Origin: Ramazzottius varieornatus
Taxonomy: Eukaryota > Animalia > Tardigrada
Direction of reading: 5' to 3'
Length of the DNA stretch: 64,000 nt
NCBI GenBank assembly: GCA_001949185.1
Contig: BDGG01000010.1
Location: 1,063,773 to 1,127,772, forward strand
The notes under the pieces were generated by a model. That model searched no databases, was not told the DNA's origin, and saw nothing but the letters and a program-made list of their open reading frames with translations. Below, piece by piece: positions 35,965 to 48,134 of the stretch (positions are counted from its first letter, which is position 1; each line of letters begins with the position of its first letter). The translations under genes were made by a program, and so were the position numbers.

Positions 35965-37605
35965 CTACTCATACGGTTCTCTCTCACCAATGCCACTCAC
36001 AATGCGCAGCTTAAACACGGAAGTGAACAGAGCCACTTGCAGAATGGCACTCAATGTCTGAATATTGTCATTCCACTTTAGCAATCTTCCGAACACTACA
36101 GCCTTCAGAGCGGTCTGGCTACTGTACCGATCTGAGATCTGCACACCATAAGCTTTCCCACTGAATGACAGCGAGACAGTTTCGCTCATATCGTGCATCA
36201 AGGTGTTCTCGTTGGTAGGTAGGGGAGTCAGCAAAGCCGAGTGTTGTCCACTTCAGGTCGTGGCTTCGTTGATGGAAGGTTCGTGAGCAGACGCGGATTG
36301 GAAAAGAGTAGCTCATGCGGCATAGGTCCATAAAGCGACGGGAGGTCTGTGGACAAGTCTTGATGTCGGGAACCACGTCAACCTCCAATACTTTCATCCA
36401 CATACCCGGTCTTGAGTTCCATTCGAGTTCGAAGCTGAGACGTCCCACTTCTAACGCTGGGCGGTTCTTTCTGGGGGCGCTTGAGAAAAAGGCCGGAGCG
36501 GCATTTGCTGGTCCAGGAGCTGCAAACTTCATCTCGAAGATCTGCGCCATCTCTTCCGGTGTGAAGATGCGTTTCTGCAGTGGAACGTATACGGTTCATA
36601 CATAAACGCATAAGAACCTAACAATCTCGAATTCGCAACACTACAAGTACCTTTATAGGTCCATTTGCCAACTGGGACGGTTCCATCAAGGGAAAGCGAA
36701 TGTGGCTGAACGCAGGTCCCATGATGCAACGCTAGTCGCTGATTTCGCCAGTTTCCGAAGAGTCGATTGTGATAACATTGGCCGAGTTGTCTTCCTTTCG
36801 CTTCACATGAATAGCCCATCTGGAAGACAGTAAACATAGAGTTAGCACGGAGTAAGAGCATTAGAGGCAGATACAAAACCGTAGTGATCGTACGAGAACC
36901 TAACTACAATGTCATACTTTTCTGCTGCCTCGTACAACTTGATCTCTTCCTCGTTCGTCAAGCCAAGCTGGGAACGCTGGGCGATTTCCTCCAACAGTTT
37001 CCCGTCAATCTTTTCGATGTTGCCCAAGTTCTCCTTCGGGTATGCATCAAGTACGCACAAGGCCTCTTCGACGAGCTCGTCTTCTTCCAGTTTTCGCGCC
37101 TGCACACTAGAATACCTTTATAGACAGTTTATACGGTGCCGAAAGAGGAAGTCCTCCTACCTCTACAAGGACTGCGCATGCTGTCGCCACATCATTCTGC
37201 AGAGTGTCAAAGATTGCCTGTCGGCATACGAACGCCAATCCGGGAACGCCGTACTGTAAGGCGCACTTCAGGATGCCAAAATTACGGTCCAAATCGGCAG
37301 CTTCCACTGACAAACCGCCGGAAACGGTGTCAGTATATAAGTAGTCCACCAAGGCCTGAAAATTCTCTTTCCGGTAATTCGGTATTGGCACTTCCTTCAG
37401 TTCCACATCGGCGACCGGTCCGTAAAACATGGCGTAGAATACTTCACTGCCGATTGCGAGGAATACCCTGCAAGACTATCAGCCAATGTACAATAGCACT
37501 GTATCCACCTCGAACGGCCCTATCTTCCCCAACGTCCAGTAACCACTCTTCTCTCTTGAGCTGCCTTAACTTACTTGTGAGCCTGGATTTCTCCGGCATT
37601 GCCAT
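35965..37605 (-). pseudogene. BTB-BACK (BTBD1/2/3/6-like, Cullin-3 adaptor) pseudogene
   Basis: VFLAIGSEVFYAMFYGPVA...IPNYRKENFQALVDYLYTD (BTB); EEEIKLYEAAEK/WA and GPAFSHIRFPLM (BACK). GT-AG introns present. In-frame TAG at 36732-34 (EISD*RCIMG), a broken frame at the BTB start (~37470-37530) and a frame change in the C-terminal region. Confidence 0.8.
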
Positions 37606-38145
37606 TGTCGTTGAACTGGAAAGTAGGAATGTCCGCCGGGAGACGCGTTCCGTCAGCTTGCACGCGTCTCCCGGCCATCCCCAGTCGCATTTCCTCATCC
37701 TAACGGCCGCGTGACCTGCTTGGAATCCGCTGCGGGTAGAATTTCTGATTGAATGTCTTGCTGAAGATCTGGAAAGAAGGCAGCGCAATCTACAGAAGGA
37801 TTCCAACCTGTTAACCAATGCGGATTCACGCCGGATTGTGTGCAAACTTGCAAATACGCAAACGACGTACAAGAAATTGCGAAAAGTAGAGAAATGGTCT
37901 CTCCTGGGCGGGTCATTAGGTGCTCGTAATGCTGGTTGGCCACGGACAAGACTCAGAGTTGTAAAGAATTACCGCAAGCACAGTAATCGCAATCAGTCCT
38001 TCTTCGTTAATCCTGGATTCCTTGTGGTCTGTGGATTCTGTTTGATCTTCTAATTGTAAAGATAAAGAATCGCTCGTCGTCGTCGTAGTTCGTTCATCTT
38101 GCATGTTGTCTCACAGCGCGCGGACGTTATCGAAGGGTAGAGAGG

Positions 38146-39664
38146 ATGAGGACCGCCATCGTATGTCTGCGAAGCATTTCAGCGGCCTGTACTCAGCGTG
38201 TGTTTGCAAGATGTTACTCGGTTACCCGACCGGAAGTGATTCAACCGGAAACGCAAGAGCTAATGCAACCACCTCATCCCGAAAGCATCCCTCTTTCTGC
38301 TCGAAGTGCACCTCTGAGATCCATTATTCCCTTCAATCAGCATTCGAGCTTGTCACCAGAAGATATGGAAAACTACGAGCTGGTCAAGAGCATTGCAACA
38401 GCGACGGACTTGGAATCGCCACGGCTATTCGTCCATGGAGTAGGAAAGCCACTCGTTGGTGACTTGGGAGCTATTCATCCGCGCGAGCATCGGTGGCAGC
38501 CATACAGCGCGCTTACACTGACGTCGGAAAAGGATCCCGCTAGACGCCTCAGCAAGAGTGCCGGACTTCCTGTAGGGGTGTTCGTGTTCCTTCAGCGAAA
38601 ACGAGACTTCACTACCCGAGGCTTTATCCTTTGGCAAAAACGTCGAGCACTAGCAGCTCGTCGGAGAGATCAAAGGTAAGAACGAGTATCTGTGTGACGG
38701 CCGGAAAACATATTAATACCACTGACGGGGTGATCAGCACACGAAGGTTCTTTAATTTTTCTCGTGTATTTTGCAGATATCGTGCAGAGCGAATGAACTA
38801 CCTCGGGCCGGAACTGGCTGCTGCCCATTTCATGGTTGCTAATGGTGCACGTGTCAAGTTCTTCGGCATCGACAAATGGTACTCAAGGAGAGATGGCAAT
38901 GCGAGAACGATGCCGTCGCGGTTCCTTGAGACCGCTCTTGTGGAAGCTATCGATGCCTCCGGATCTGACTTGATCTATGAAGGGCTCGATAACTTAAGTA
39001 TGTACAACAAATTCTGCCAGTACTATACTTTATTTGGATAAATGCAGGAATTTTTACTGTTAGTTGGACTTCGGCATCTGAAGTCGCTCAGCCTTAGTGG
39101 CTGTCAATACATTGACGACTGGTGTCTCCCCAAGCTTCTCATTCATGCCAAGACTCTCGAACATCTCGATTTGAGTTATTGCCCGAAGGTTACAGAAAGA
39201 GGTCTCTCATGGCTTTATCACCTCAGGTTAGTTTGCTCGCCAGAACTGGAGTTAAGCTTTGGCCGCGGAAGTTACGGTTCAGGAGTCTATTAATGTTCTT
39301 TCATTGCAGTAATCTACGGACATTAGTGATACAAGACATGCCCAGAGTAGAAAACAAAGAGTACGTGTCGCTGTTGTTAGAAGACGAACTACCGCTTCTG
39401 GAAGTGCAAGGAGTGGAATACAACGCAGTTCCGGTGCAGATAACCGCGCAAGAGCAAAAGCTTCTGGAAGAAAAGAGATGGAAGGAAGAAGGTATACCTT
39501 TAGCTCATCAACTGGCGCTACCTGGGTTTGCGGAAGTTGGCAATCCGAATGTCCCGCGCTCCATATCTGAAAAGAAAGACCAAGAACTCTGGGATTTACA
39601 GAAGGCCTTTTCTCAAAAGATACAGAAAATAGCGAACCGTAAACCCTCGGACTGGCGACCTTAG
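38146..39664 (+). CDS. DMAC2: Distal membrane-arm assembly complex protein 2 (ATP5SL), mitochondrial complex I assembly factor
   Basis: Exons ~38146-38675, 38777-38997, 39064-39226, 39310-39664. Basic N-terminal presequence; LGPELAAAHFMVANGARVKF, VEAIDASGSDLIYEGLDNL, LSLSGCQYIDDWCL, LDLSYCPKVTERGL and LLLEDELP match the ATP5S-like/DMAC2 LRR family. Confidence 0.85.
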
Positions 39665-39816
39665 AGAATCCTTATCGGTAATATTTTGTGATAATAATAA
39701 TTGTTCGATATTTCGAAACGTTTCGTGAGTTGTGAGTACAGTAATTATTGTATGAGTTTCTTTTTAGCTTGTGGAGAGATAAGTGCGGAAGTAAATCTTA
39801 CCAACTCGAAACTGCT

Positions 39817-40664
39817 CTATCGTCGGACGTCGTGTTTGATAGCCATTTGTTGGAGAAGCTTCTGAGCGTAATCGGAGATAGGGAATGTAGTAGCTGAAGA
39901 CCCAGGACCTTCAATGACGTGAGGACCTTCGATCGGTGGTCGCAGATATTCAGCAATTTCCACATGCTCAAATTTTCCATCTGCAGAACGAACAGATCGG
40001 TCAATAACAGACTTTTTCTTCAGTTATAGGTCAACAAAACTTCACGAGAATCTGACAGACGACAAGGTTACCGGCTTGGCGGAAGCTGACGTAGAGAACA
40101 ACAGGATTGGTTGGTGGATGCCTTGCTCCCGGGAAGCCACTCTGATACAAGGTCAGTGTATCGTTCATCAGCTCACCATTCATGCTGTAATATATAGCCT
40201 GGTGCTCAGGTGCAACCTAAGAATAGGTAATTTCTCACCGCAGGAACGCTGTTTTTGGCGTAAACTCGACGGTATAATATACTTGTGTACATTTCTCGAT
40301 TTCCTTCTTGACGTCAAGGAAGGTAGCGGACTCTCCGAACTCCATGTGATGGGTGAGCTTCTTTCGACGGACGACGAGGAACACTTTTGGCTCGTTCGGT
40401 CTCACCTGTAAGATAGTCAGACTCTCTGTCCCCGACACTCTCATTTCGTAAAAGATGGAATGAGCTCACCACATTGATTTTAGGTTCATCGTTGATGCGC
40501 GGCTTTGCCTGGGCTGGAGGTCCTTTGGGTGTTGGTGGTCGCTTACCAGGAGTTCTCGGACGTTTACCTGGAGTTCCTGGTCGCTTTCCGGCCGGTGATC
40601 TGGGAGTCTTCGCCCTAGGTGAAACCGCTGGGCTCTTGGGTTTGGGACTTTTTGCTTTAGGCAT
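39817..40664 (-). CDS. Elongin-B-like ubiquitin-like protein with an N-terminal basic S/T-P repeat extension (208 aa)
   Basis: Exons 40470-40664, 40283-40405, 40072-40216, 39817-39980, all GT-AG and phase-compatible. KVFLVVRRKKLTHHMEFGESATFLDVKKEIEKCTQVAPEHQAIY...LMNDTLTLYQSGF...PVVLYVSFRQADGKFEHVEIAEYLRPP aligns with ELOB ([44 protein letters not shown]...TLGECGF...[26 protein letters not shown]). Confidence 0.85.
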
Positions 40665-41739
40665 GTGAGATCGATCGATCTATTGTTTTACAAAAGGAAG
40701 AAGCCCAGTTCAATTCTCTTACCCGTTGAAGATACCAGGAGATGATCACTTGGCTACAACACGTAACCCACTGGGACGCATTTCTCCCGTATCGCTTGCC
40801 ATAACGGCATGGTTAAAGTGAAATGGTGGGTGACCAATAAAGGCAGTATTTCACTTGCTCGTTGAGCTATACGGCTTCACTCATTCTTGTTATTGTTTTC
40901 AATGTCATATTCGATATTTTTCTGCTTTGATTTTCTTTGGCAGGCTTGATATGCGGACATTTCGGTGATCGTCAAAGGCGACAAACAGCGATGACCACTT
41001 GACGCCAAGCAAGTATCTTAGGAAATCTTAGTGGCGCGTCGCTTCAAGAAAGCCGGTTCGGAGCCACGTGGATGGAGAGTTTGTTTATGGGCTTTGACGT
41101 GCCAACTCTGGAGCAACTGGACAGCGCTGGCCCGTCTTTGCATAACCTGCATCTTCATTAACGGTGAGTTATTTTCAGTGGGTTCTGTCTCCGATTGATC
41201 ACAGCGGCATATTCGGATGCAGCCATGATTCATTAGCTAGTCTCCTCCGACTCCCGCTCCGAGCCTGATTGCTCTAGTGTATACAGACCAAGACCAAAAG
41301 ATCAATTCATTATAGGCCACAATCTGGCTCCTTGATCAGTATCAACTGTGCAGCGGCACCCTTTGTAACCTGCTCTTGATACTCCAATATAAATATTGAT
41401 TTCATTATACTTCAAAGAGCACTACCCAGTACCCTGAGCTTCTAATCTTCATCGAGACAAGTTTACTTAACTTTCGGCTCGTTTACCGCGCTTCTGCTGT
41501 CGTTCGACCGAACGAACATGACTGATTTTGAAATTACGAAAATTTAGTCAACCCGATATTCGGTTTCTTTGCATCTGTTGAGAAATAAAAGGTTAAGCCA
41601 CGAATCCAACCACCACGGAAACCATCATGGTTGAAACTGAGGAGTTTGAATTCTGATAATACGTTAAACTCAATGGATTGAAAAAAATTAGAATGAATAA
41701 AAGCGGGCAGAATATTGGTGCTAAATGTGATATTAATAA

Positions 41740-41868
41740 ATGGGACGTCGGCAAATGATTCCACCCTAATCGTCATCTGAAGTGGTGCACAGTTTCAATG
41801 TTGGTCGCTGAGCACGTGCGCGTCTTGGGGAAACGGTCTGGATCAGTTCCTTTGCCGACGTTCCAAAT
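41740..41868. repeat. Palindromic dispersed repeat (GTGGCGCAC-core family), full-length copy
   Basis: atgggacgtcggcaaatga...aagtggtgcac...gtgcgcgtctt...tttgccgacgttccaaat. Confidence 0.78.
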
Positions 41869-42818
41869 GCTAATTATTATTTCTAGGGTCAAGGTCCAAC
41901 TGATGATAAAGAAGGTTACTCGTCTGTGAATTTTTTACAGGATGGACCGGATGGACTGCGGAGGAGACAGATAACAAACAGTGGTTGGAGCCTTCGGAGC
42001 TTTGAACAAGGAAGGCGCGACGCTTGTCGGCCGCCATCATCGGCCTTTTTTGTCCATCCGGCCTCTGAAGCCTCATCACCACGCATGTTGATGAGGCTGA
42101 TGAGGCGACAATAGGATCAGTCGTCTAAACCACAGCTAGGAAAAAAGTGGTAAGTTTAATCTCCTCGATCTATTTTTCTGTGGGAAGTCATGTTTCAGCG
42201 GGAGCAAGGTCGTCGAAAACAAAACTAATTACACGACGCCCAAATAACAAAACCTAATTCCTCAACTAGAAATCGATGGCTTTCTTGCGGAGTTTTGTTC
42301 CTTTATAGCGAATACCATCTGGTCAAGCTTGTTAATTGCAATCGATATCAAATCTTGATTTGAGAGGGGGAAGGCTCATATTATGGGTGTTAATTGTGGG
42401 GTGTTTAATAGCTTGGATATGGTGGAAAACCATCTGATAACGTCGTGTAATTTCGCACGTGTCCTGATCGAGCTCCTGACACTCACGGAGGTGCTGGTCG
42501 CTTATCGCTGCGTATCATCAGCAGTTTAGCACGAGGATCAAAGGTGGGAAATTTTGGCGCTTGTGGTCAAGTGGCTTCTTCGTTCTCCTGAAGTGGCCAA
42601 TGACGCCCGTAAAATATAAACTACGCTCAATCAAAGTTTACGTTCAACTCCGAATCACTGTATAATCGACGAAACCCTCTCCACTCTCAACGTAACAAAA
42701 AAGTGCTCAACTTAAGAACAAGGGCGTGTCCGACCAAATTTTGTGATAGAAATATTTCGAGGACCTTTTGGCATTTTTCCATTAATACGATTTTGCAACA
42801 GGTTTTTCACTTTAATTT

Positions 42819-42904
42819 AAGTGGCGCACATTCCCGTCGCTGTTGGCTGAAAGCGCGCGCCACTTGAAAAAAACATGATTCAATAAGTCTTTTGCCGACG
42901 TCCT
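42819..42904. repeat. Palindromic dispersed repeat (GTGGCGCAC-core family)
   Basis: aagtggcgcacatt...gttggctgaaagcgcgcgccactt...ttttgccgacgtcc. Confidence 0.72.
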
Positions 42905-43537
42905 ACGTCTAGGCGCGGTCAGAATGCTAATTCTTTTTTGCGTAGTCACTACAACACCTCAAAGTATGGTCGAATCGTTTTCGTGAGGCTCATGACGTCC
43001 TGATGAATGAGTGGTATTTTTCCTTTTCTCATTGAGTACTCAGCAAGAGCTCGAACCGGAAACGGATGACGTGGGCATCTTTGCTGAGCAAACAAACCTA
43101 ACGAACTTTCCCGCGTATTGTTTGGGTCGATCAAACACGCCATGGCGCTGCTCATGACAGAGGTGAAGCCATCAATTCGACAGGTACAATCAGCATAAAA
43201 TAACCGGTACATGATGGACTACCTGAGCGCATAATCGCGCATAACCACACCTCACCTCTCTACAGGCTAATCAGTAAGCTCGGCGGAACCTTGGACAATG
43301 GAAGATGACAAGGACACATATGACAATAACAGGTAGGTTATAACTCCATCTCAAATCTCATCCGTCTTTGCGTCCATCACATTTGTGTCCGATAATTTAC
43401 ACTAGGAGTTTACAAATGGTCGGCCATTTCCACTTTGTTCGAGGCTTGTTGGTACTTGTTGTACTCGGTGCCTTGGCAGAGGCTGAGCAAACGTTGTAGG
43501 GCCACTTGCCGATCAATGCAACTCTCCATTGCTCATA

Positions 43538-43662
43538 TGGAGAGCGGGCAAATGAACCAAGCCAGACCGCTGTCCAAAGTGGCGCAGACTCTTATTTTTG
43601 TTGGCTGAAAGTGTGCGCCACTTGGGAAAACGATCTGGCTCTGTTCATCTGCCCACATTCCG
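43538..43662. repeat. Palindromic dispersed repeat (GTGGCGCAC-core family)
   Basis: gggcaaatgaaccaagccagaccg...aagtggcgca...gtgcgccactt...cgatctggctctgttcatctgccc. Confidence 0.78.
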
Positions 43663-44979
43663 CGTTCGTCCATGGCTCCTCCTTCCGTCCATCCGCAGGC
43701 CAAATCAATGCTGCGGAAAGCCACCACTGAACGTCAGCCGCGGATCCACCGACCACACTGAAGAGCCTCTTTACTTCCACCGTAAACCTATTGCCATTTC
43801 AAACCTTCAGTAGTCTTCTTCTGCAAACTTCAAGTTGCAAACTGCTGTCAAAGTTCACTTCGCGATTTCGAGGCCCCCGTTATCACCATCGTTTACAGTC
43901 CGCCATTGTTTTTAGGCTTTCCTGTTGCGTCATCTCTGTAGCTGCCGACCAAGCGCGCTCTTCGGTCTTCCAAGAAGGACTCATCTCCGGCAGTCCGAAG
44001 GACTCGTCATGTTCCCCTTGGTCGGAAACGTCGGCAGTCCACTGGCAGGAAATTACGGTAAGTGTCGCCTCATTAGCATGTCAATTGAGAAGAGCGGGAA
44101 GCAAAGGCTGTTTATGACGAGCAATCTGAGCGTTGTCGGCACTGTGCGCATTTATCGCTCCCTTGTGACCTTTCAACTTTGACGCCAATGATTGAATATT
44201 GCTTACAGTAGTTCTCGCGCTTTCTATTGAGGGTCATTTGAGGCAGCAGGCTAACTTTATAGACGTGTTTGTTCGCACTTCGCCGATGGCTGTTGTTTAT
44301 CCTTCCGTACTGTGCAGTTTAAAGGTCACTTGAGGTTCGGCCCTTTCCCAAAAGACCTGAGAAGTTTCTCTCGCTATTTTTTCTTCGCAAATTAGGCTCT
44401 GTAGTTCAGGGGAAACTCTCCGACAAGGCGGCCGTCAGTTTTGCGCCACTTCGTCAAATATGGGGTAACAAAGTTTGTTCACTGGGTGAATAAATTGAAA
44501 GTCCGAATCAGGTTTCAGTTCCATTCTTAGTTTCGACTTCCATAAAGACTTCCGTCTAGCGCAGTCTCTACGGTCTCTGGTGTGAATGATGTCATTTTAC
44601 CACAGCGTATCCGATGGCCGGCTTTTTTAGTAAGCGTTGAGACTTTGGTGTCAGTTTTGCCAACAGTCTGTCTGATGGCTGAGGTTGGGCTTTTCATGAA
44701 AAGGCTTGTTTTGACTTTGGCGCTTCCAAGAGGCGCGAGCTCCACAACAGTTTTGCACTTGCAGGCTGTGAAAAAGCAATTGTCACCGATGTTTGGCACT
44801 TTCTTCGGGATAATTGCGCTGCCACTGCCATTATGACAGGCGATTCAATCAGTGCTTTATGGATGGTGCATTCCCTAAACGGTCGTTGGCTAACAGGCAC
44901 AATGATGAGCAGTCTTCTGGGTCAACACTAGCTGTATCTATTTGGTCTTGTCTCGGCAGTGAACTTCGTCAGCCACCAT

Positions 44980-45188
44980 TGGGGACGATGGCAAAGAAAG
45001 TCGTCCAGATCGTTTCCCAAGTGGCGCACGTGCTCAGCTAATAACACTGGAAACGTGCGCCACTTAGGAAGACAATCAACTCGACAAGATCGTTCACAAA
45101 GTCGCACGCGAGCTCAGCTAACGATGAAAGGGTGCGCCACTCGAAACGACGATCTGGGTGGAATCATTGTAATTGCAGACGTCCCATT
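44980..45188. repeat. Palindromic dispersed repeat (GTGGCGCAC-core family), double-core copy
   Basis: tggggacgatggcaaa...aagtggcgcacgtg...cgtgcgccactt...aactcgacaagatcg...aagtcgcacgc...gtgcgccact...agacgtcccat. Confidence 0.78.
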
Positions 45189-48134
45189 TAGAAAGTGGAG
45201 AGAAAAGAAGGCATGTGTCATGGCGGAAGTGGCCATGTGTTGTTTTTGAACCGAGTTCGAACGCAGTCAAGAAAAACGCAAAATGGTTTCTTTCGGTGCG
45301 GCAATAGTTCTTCTAGCGCTTTTTGAGAGTCGGCAAGTGTCTTCTGTTGTGATGACAAACAGTTGGGTTGAGTTGAAGATAAGATTTGGCATTATGTGTT
45401 ATGATGAGCTGGAAGAAGGAAAAACAAAAGGGAGCTATGCATGATTGTGCGATAGTACAGCAGGATGTATTTTATGACGGTAACATGAGATGGACCTTTC
45501 TCACCATCGAACAGAAGCGACGAACTCAACGGCAGATAGCACTGACAATCGACAAACCAGCGGCTTCCTTTGAATGAACATCCTTGTTTAACTATGACGT
45601 GAGTGCCAACTACTGATACCAACCGGATGCTTGGGACTCGGCGAACCCTTCTGAAGACTCATGCTGGTAAAATCGCGGCGAGGGCAAACTCAGCCAAAAA
45701 TATTGGTATCTGTCCTTTGCCAATGAACAGGTGGCTCAAGTCCAAATACCGTATCCGAGCTTGAAAGTTGAAACCTTAAGAGCCAATGATCGAGTTTGAT
45801 CTGTTTAAAGCCTGGCGTTGAGCCTGGAAGCTCGAAAGAGAAATGAAGGTGTTTTACCATAGCGCGTATAGCGGCTGAGACCTTGTTTCTATTGATACTT
45901 GAGGTTCAAATTCAGGGAGTAGATGGTCAGAATAGAAATCAGAGTTGTTTCTGTCGGTTGTCGTTAGGGCACCGTCTAACAACAACTAATTTTGTGCTGT
46001 TGCCTCATCGCCAGTCAGTTTTACGCCTTCAAGAAGGATGACGCTTGAGCGACCGAGCTGGTCAGGGTCTTACCGCTAGCGCATTTTTACTCGAGCTATT
46101 TTTGCGCGAACCCATGTGGGGTGGGGTGCCTGGTTGATAATATTGTTACTCGAACTGCGATTTGTGGGGAACACCCACGTTTCGTCCAGCTGGGACACTT
46201 GCCGTAACATGCGCCATTTAGCACAGCAGTCAGGTTAGAGATCGAGTTACTCTTCCATATTGACATCAGTAGCATCTCGACCAGGAGTAAACTCTTTCGA
46301 GATCTGAAGAAGATGGAAACCCAAGACGGAAATTAGCTTGTATAGCGAGGTCATCCTGATCTGATACAAAACACTCGCGCGCTAATTAAAGATCTCGTTG
46401 GAATTCAGGGACTTTTAGCAACTTCTTGTGACACATGTGCTGGCTATCGTTACTTTTGTTACCACTTTTTGCTAGTTAACTAGAAAAACAAACCGTATCT
46501 GTGGGATTGGGCTGATGATCGATCAAGCATTCTTCCTCCCCCGCGGCGGATACACAAGGGCAATCAAATTAACAAACGCATGCCGAACAAGCTCATCAGG
46601 CAGGTCATTTGACCACCTCGAAGATGAGCCTCCTGAGGATGCGAAATTATCACAAAGCAGGAGCGTCATCTAACAGATTAATCTACATCTTCTTTTCTTC
46701 CTTCACTCTTCCGCAATAGTACGTTCTGCAAGTTATTTCTCGAAGAATTCGGCAATCGTCACCCGGCGCTTTTTCCTTACCGCGGCTAGTTCGTCAGAAG
46801 GTGATTTCCGGCCGCTGTTGAAGTCCACTATCGAAGTCCGCTATTATGCACCCGGCCTGCGGATAGGGCACTTTTTTCAGTCCATCTGCAACCTCTAGTA
46901 CCGTCTGACTATCCTAAACTTATTACCAGTTAATATTCCAAAAAGTATACTTCAAATATCTCATAAAAATACGATATTCTATTTTATGATATTTTGCGGA
47001 TGTTTGGTAAAGTTGGAGGGGCGATTTATCGGAGCAAGTGGCTGATGGAAGATGGATGTTTGGCTGCGAAGTTAAAGTAAGCTCCGCTCTGTTAAACGCT
47101 CAGCCAGTCTGAGCCAGATGCCAACATTTTCTCTTTGAGGTTGATAAAGAGGTCATGGATAAGTTGCAAAACTACAGAAAAATATTTCAAAAATGCTGTG
47201 AAATGGAAAGTGAGCGGATCAAACATAAGCAGCTATTCCGATATGCTCTACTTTACAAAGTCAAGCTTTGGTCAGGCAACAGAAGACTTTGCAGCGAAAT
47301 TCTGACTGCCGCTTCCATCTGTGACAATTTATGGCTCATATCTGTACAACAGAAAGCAATAAATAAACGCTGCGTTCAACTTGTTATGCCATAAATTTGA
47401 ACAAAAGGGATTAACGAGGAAGGAGGCGGCTGGACACTTCCAGAGTCTGACGCTTCATTGCTAACTGGTGTCATGGTATTTACTTCATTAAAATCGTTCG
47501 CCTCAAATCATCATCTTTTGCGAGGATCAACTTTCACTCCTACCAGTCGGCGTCCACACTTCGGCATCTTTTTCAAGTCCTTCATCGAAACAATAGTTTT
47601 AGAAATGAAGCGACATGTCAACCTGGATGATTGTAATACTCTTATGGATGTCAAGAGTCATTTTTTTAGAATTCCCACGGCTATGCTCGTTCAACGTTAT
47701 CTGGAGCTCGCGCACCGGCGCGCGTCTCTCATTTGCCTATATGCCAACGCAGTATCGCGAATCCCCACTCTGGTTGTAAATTGTTGCGCGAATGATAGGC
47801 GCAGTTCAAGTTTACCATTTTTCCTTTGAGGTTTTCGACTTTCGAGTTTTCGCGGAACGCCGAACTCATATGAACCTGTCTTTCCAACATCGCACTTCTT
47901 GACACCGAGATAAAAAATAAGACAGCGCTTTTTTTCTGTTGGGGAGCTGGCGAACTCCTGACGGTTATGGCTCATTTTGTTGTGTATTACAAGTAGCTTC
48001 CCGTTCAGCGCGATCGGTTACTTGAAGTCAAGCGTGGCGCTGTTATAGATGTACAGGTGTCGGTTTGTCAACAGGAGGCCTCATTCTCCGAGCATATGAA
48101 TTTCGCGGCCGTGGTGTGTTAGATTAGAGAAGTT

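Noticed and set aside
42097-42155. Hammerhead-like arrangement CTGATGA-stem(ggcgac/gtcgtc)-TAAAC-stem(ccac/gtgg)-TA
   Set aside because: The catalytic GAAA reads TAAA and stem I cannot form next to the cleavage site; likely chance or dead.
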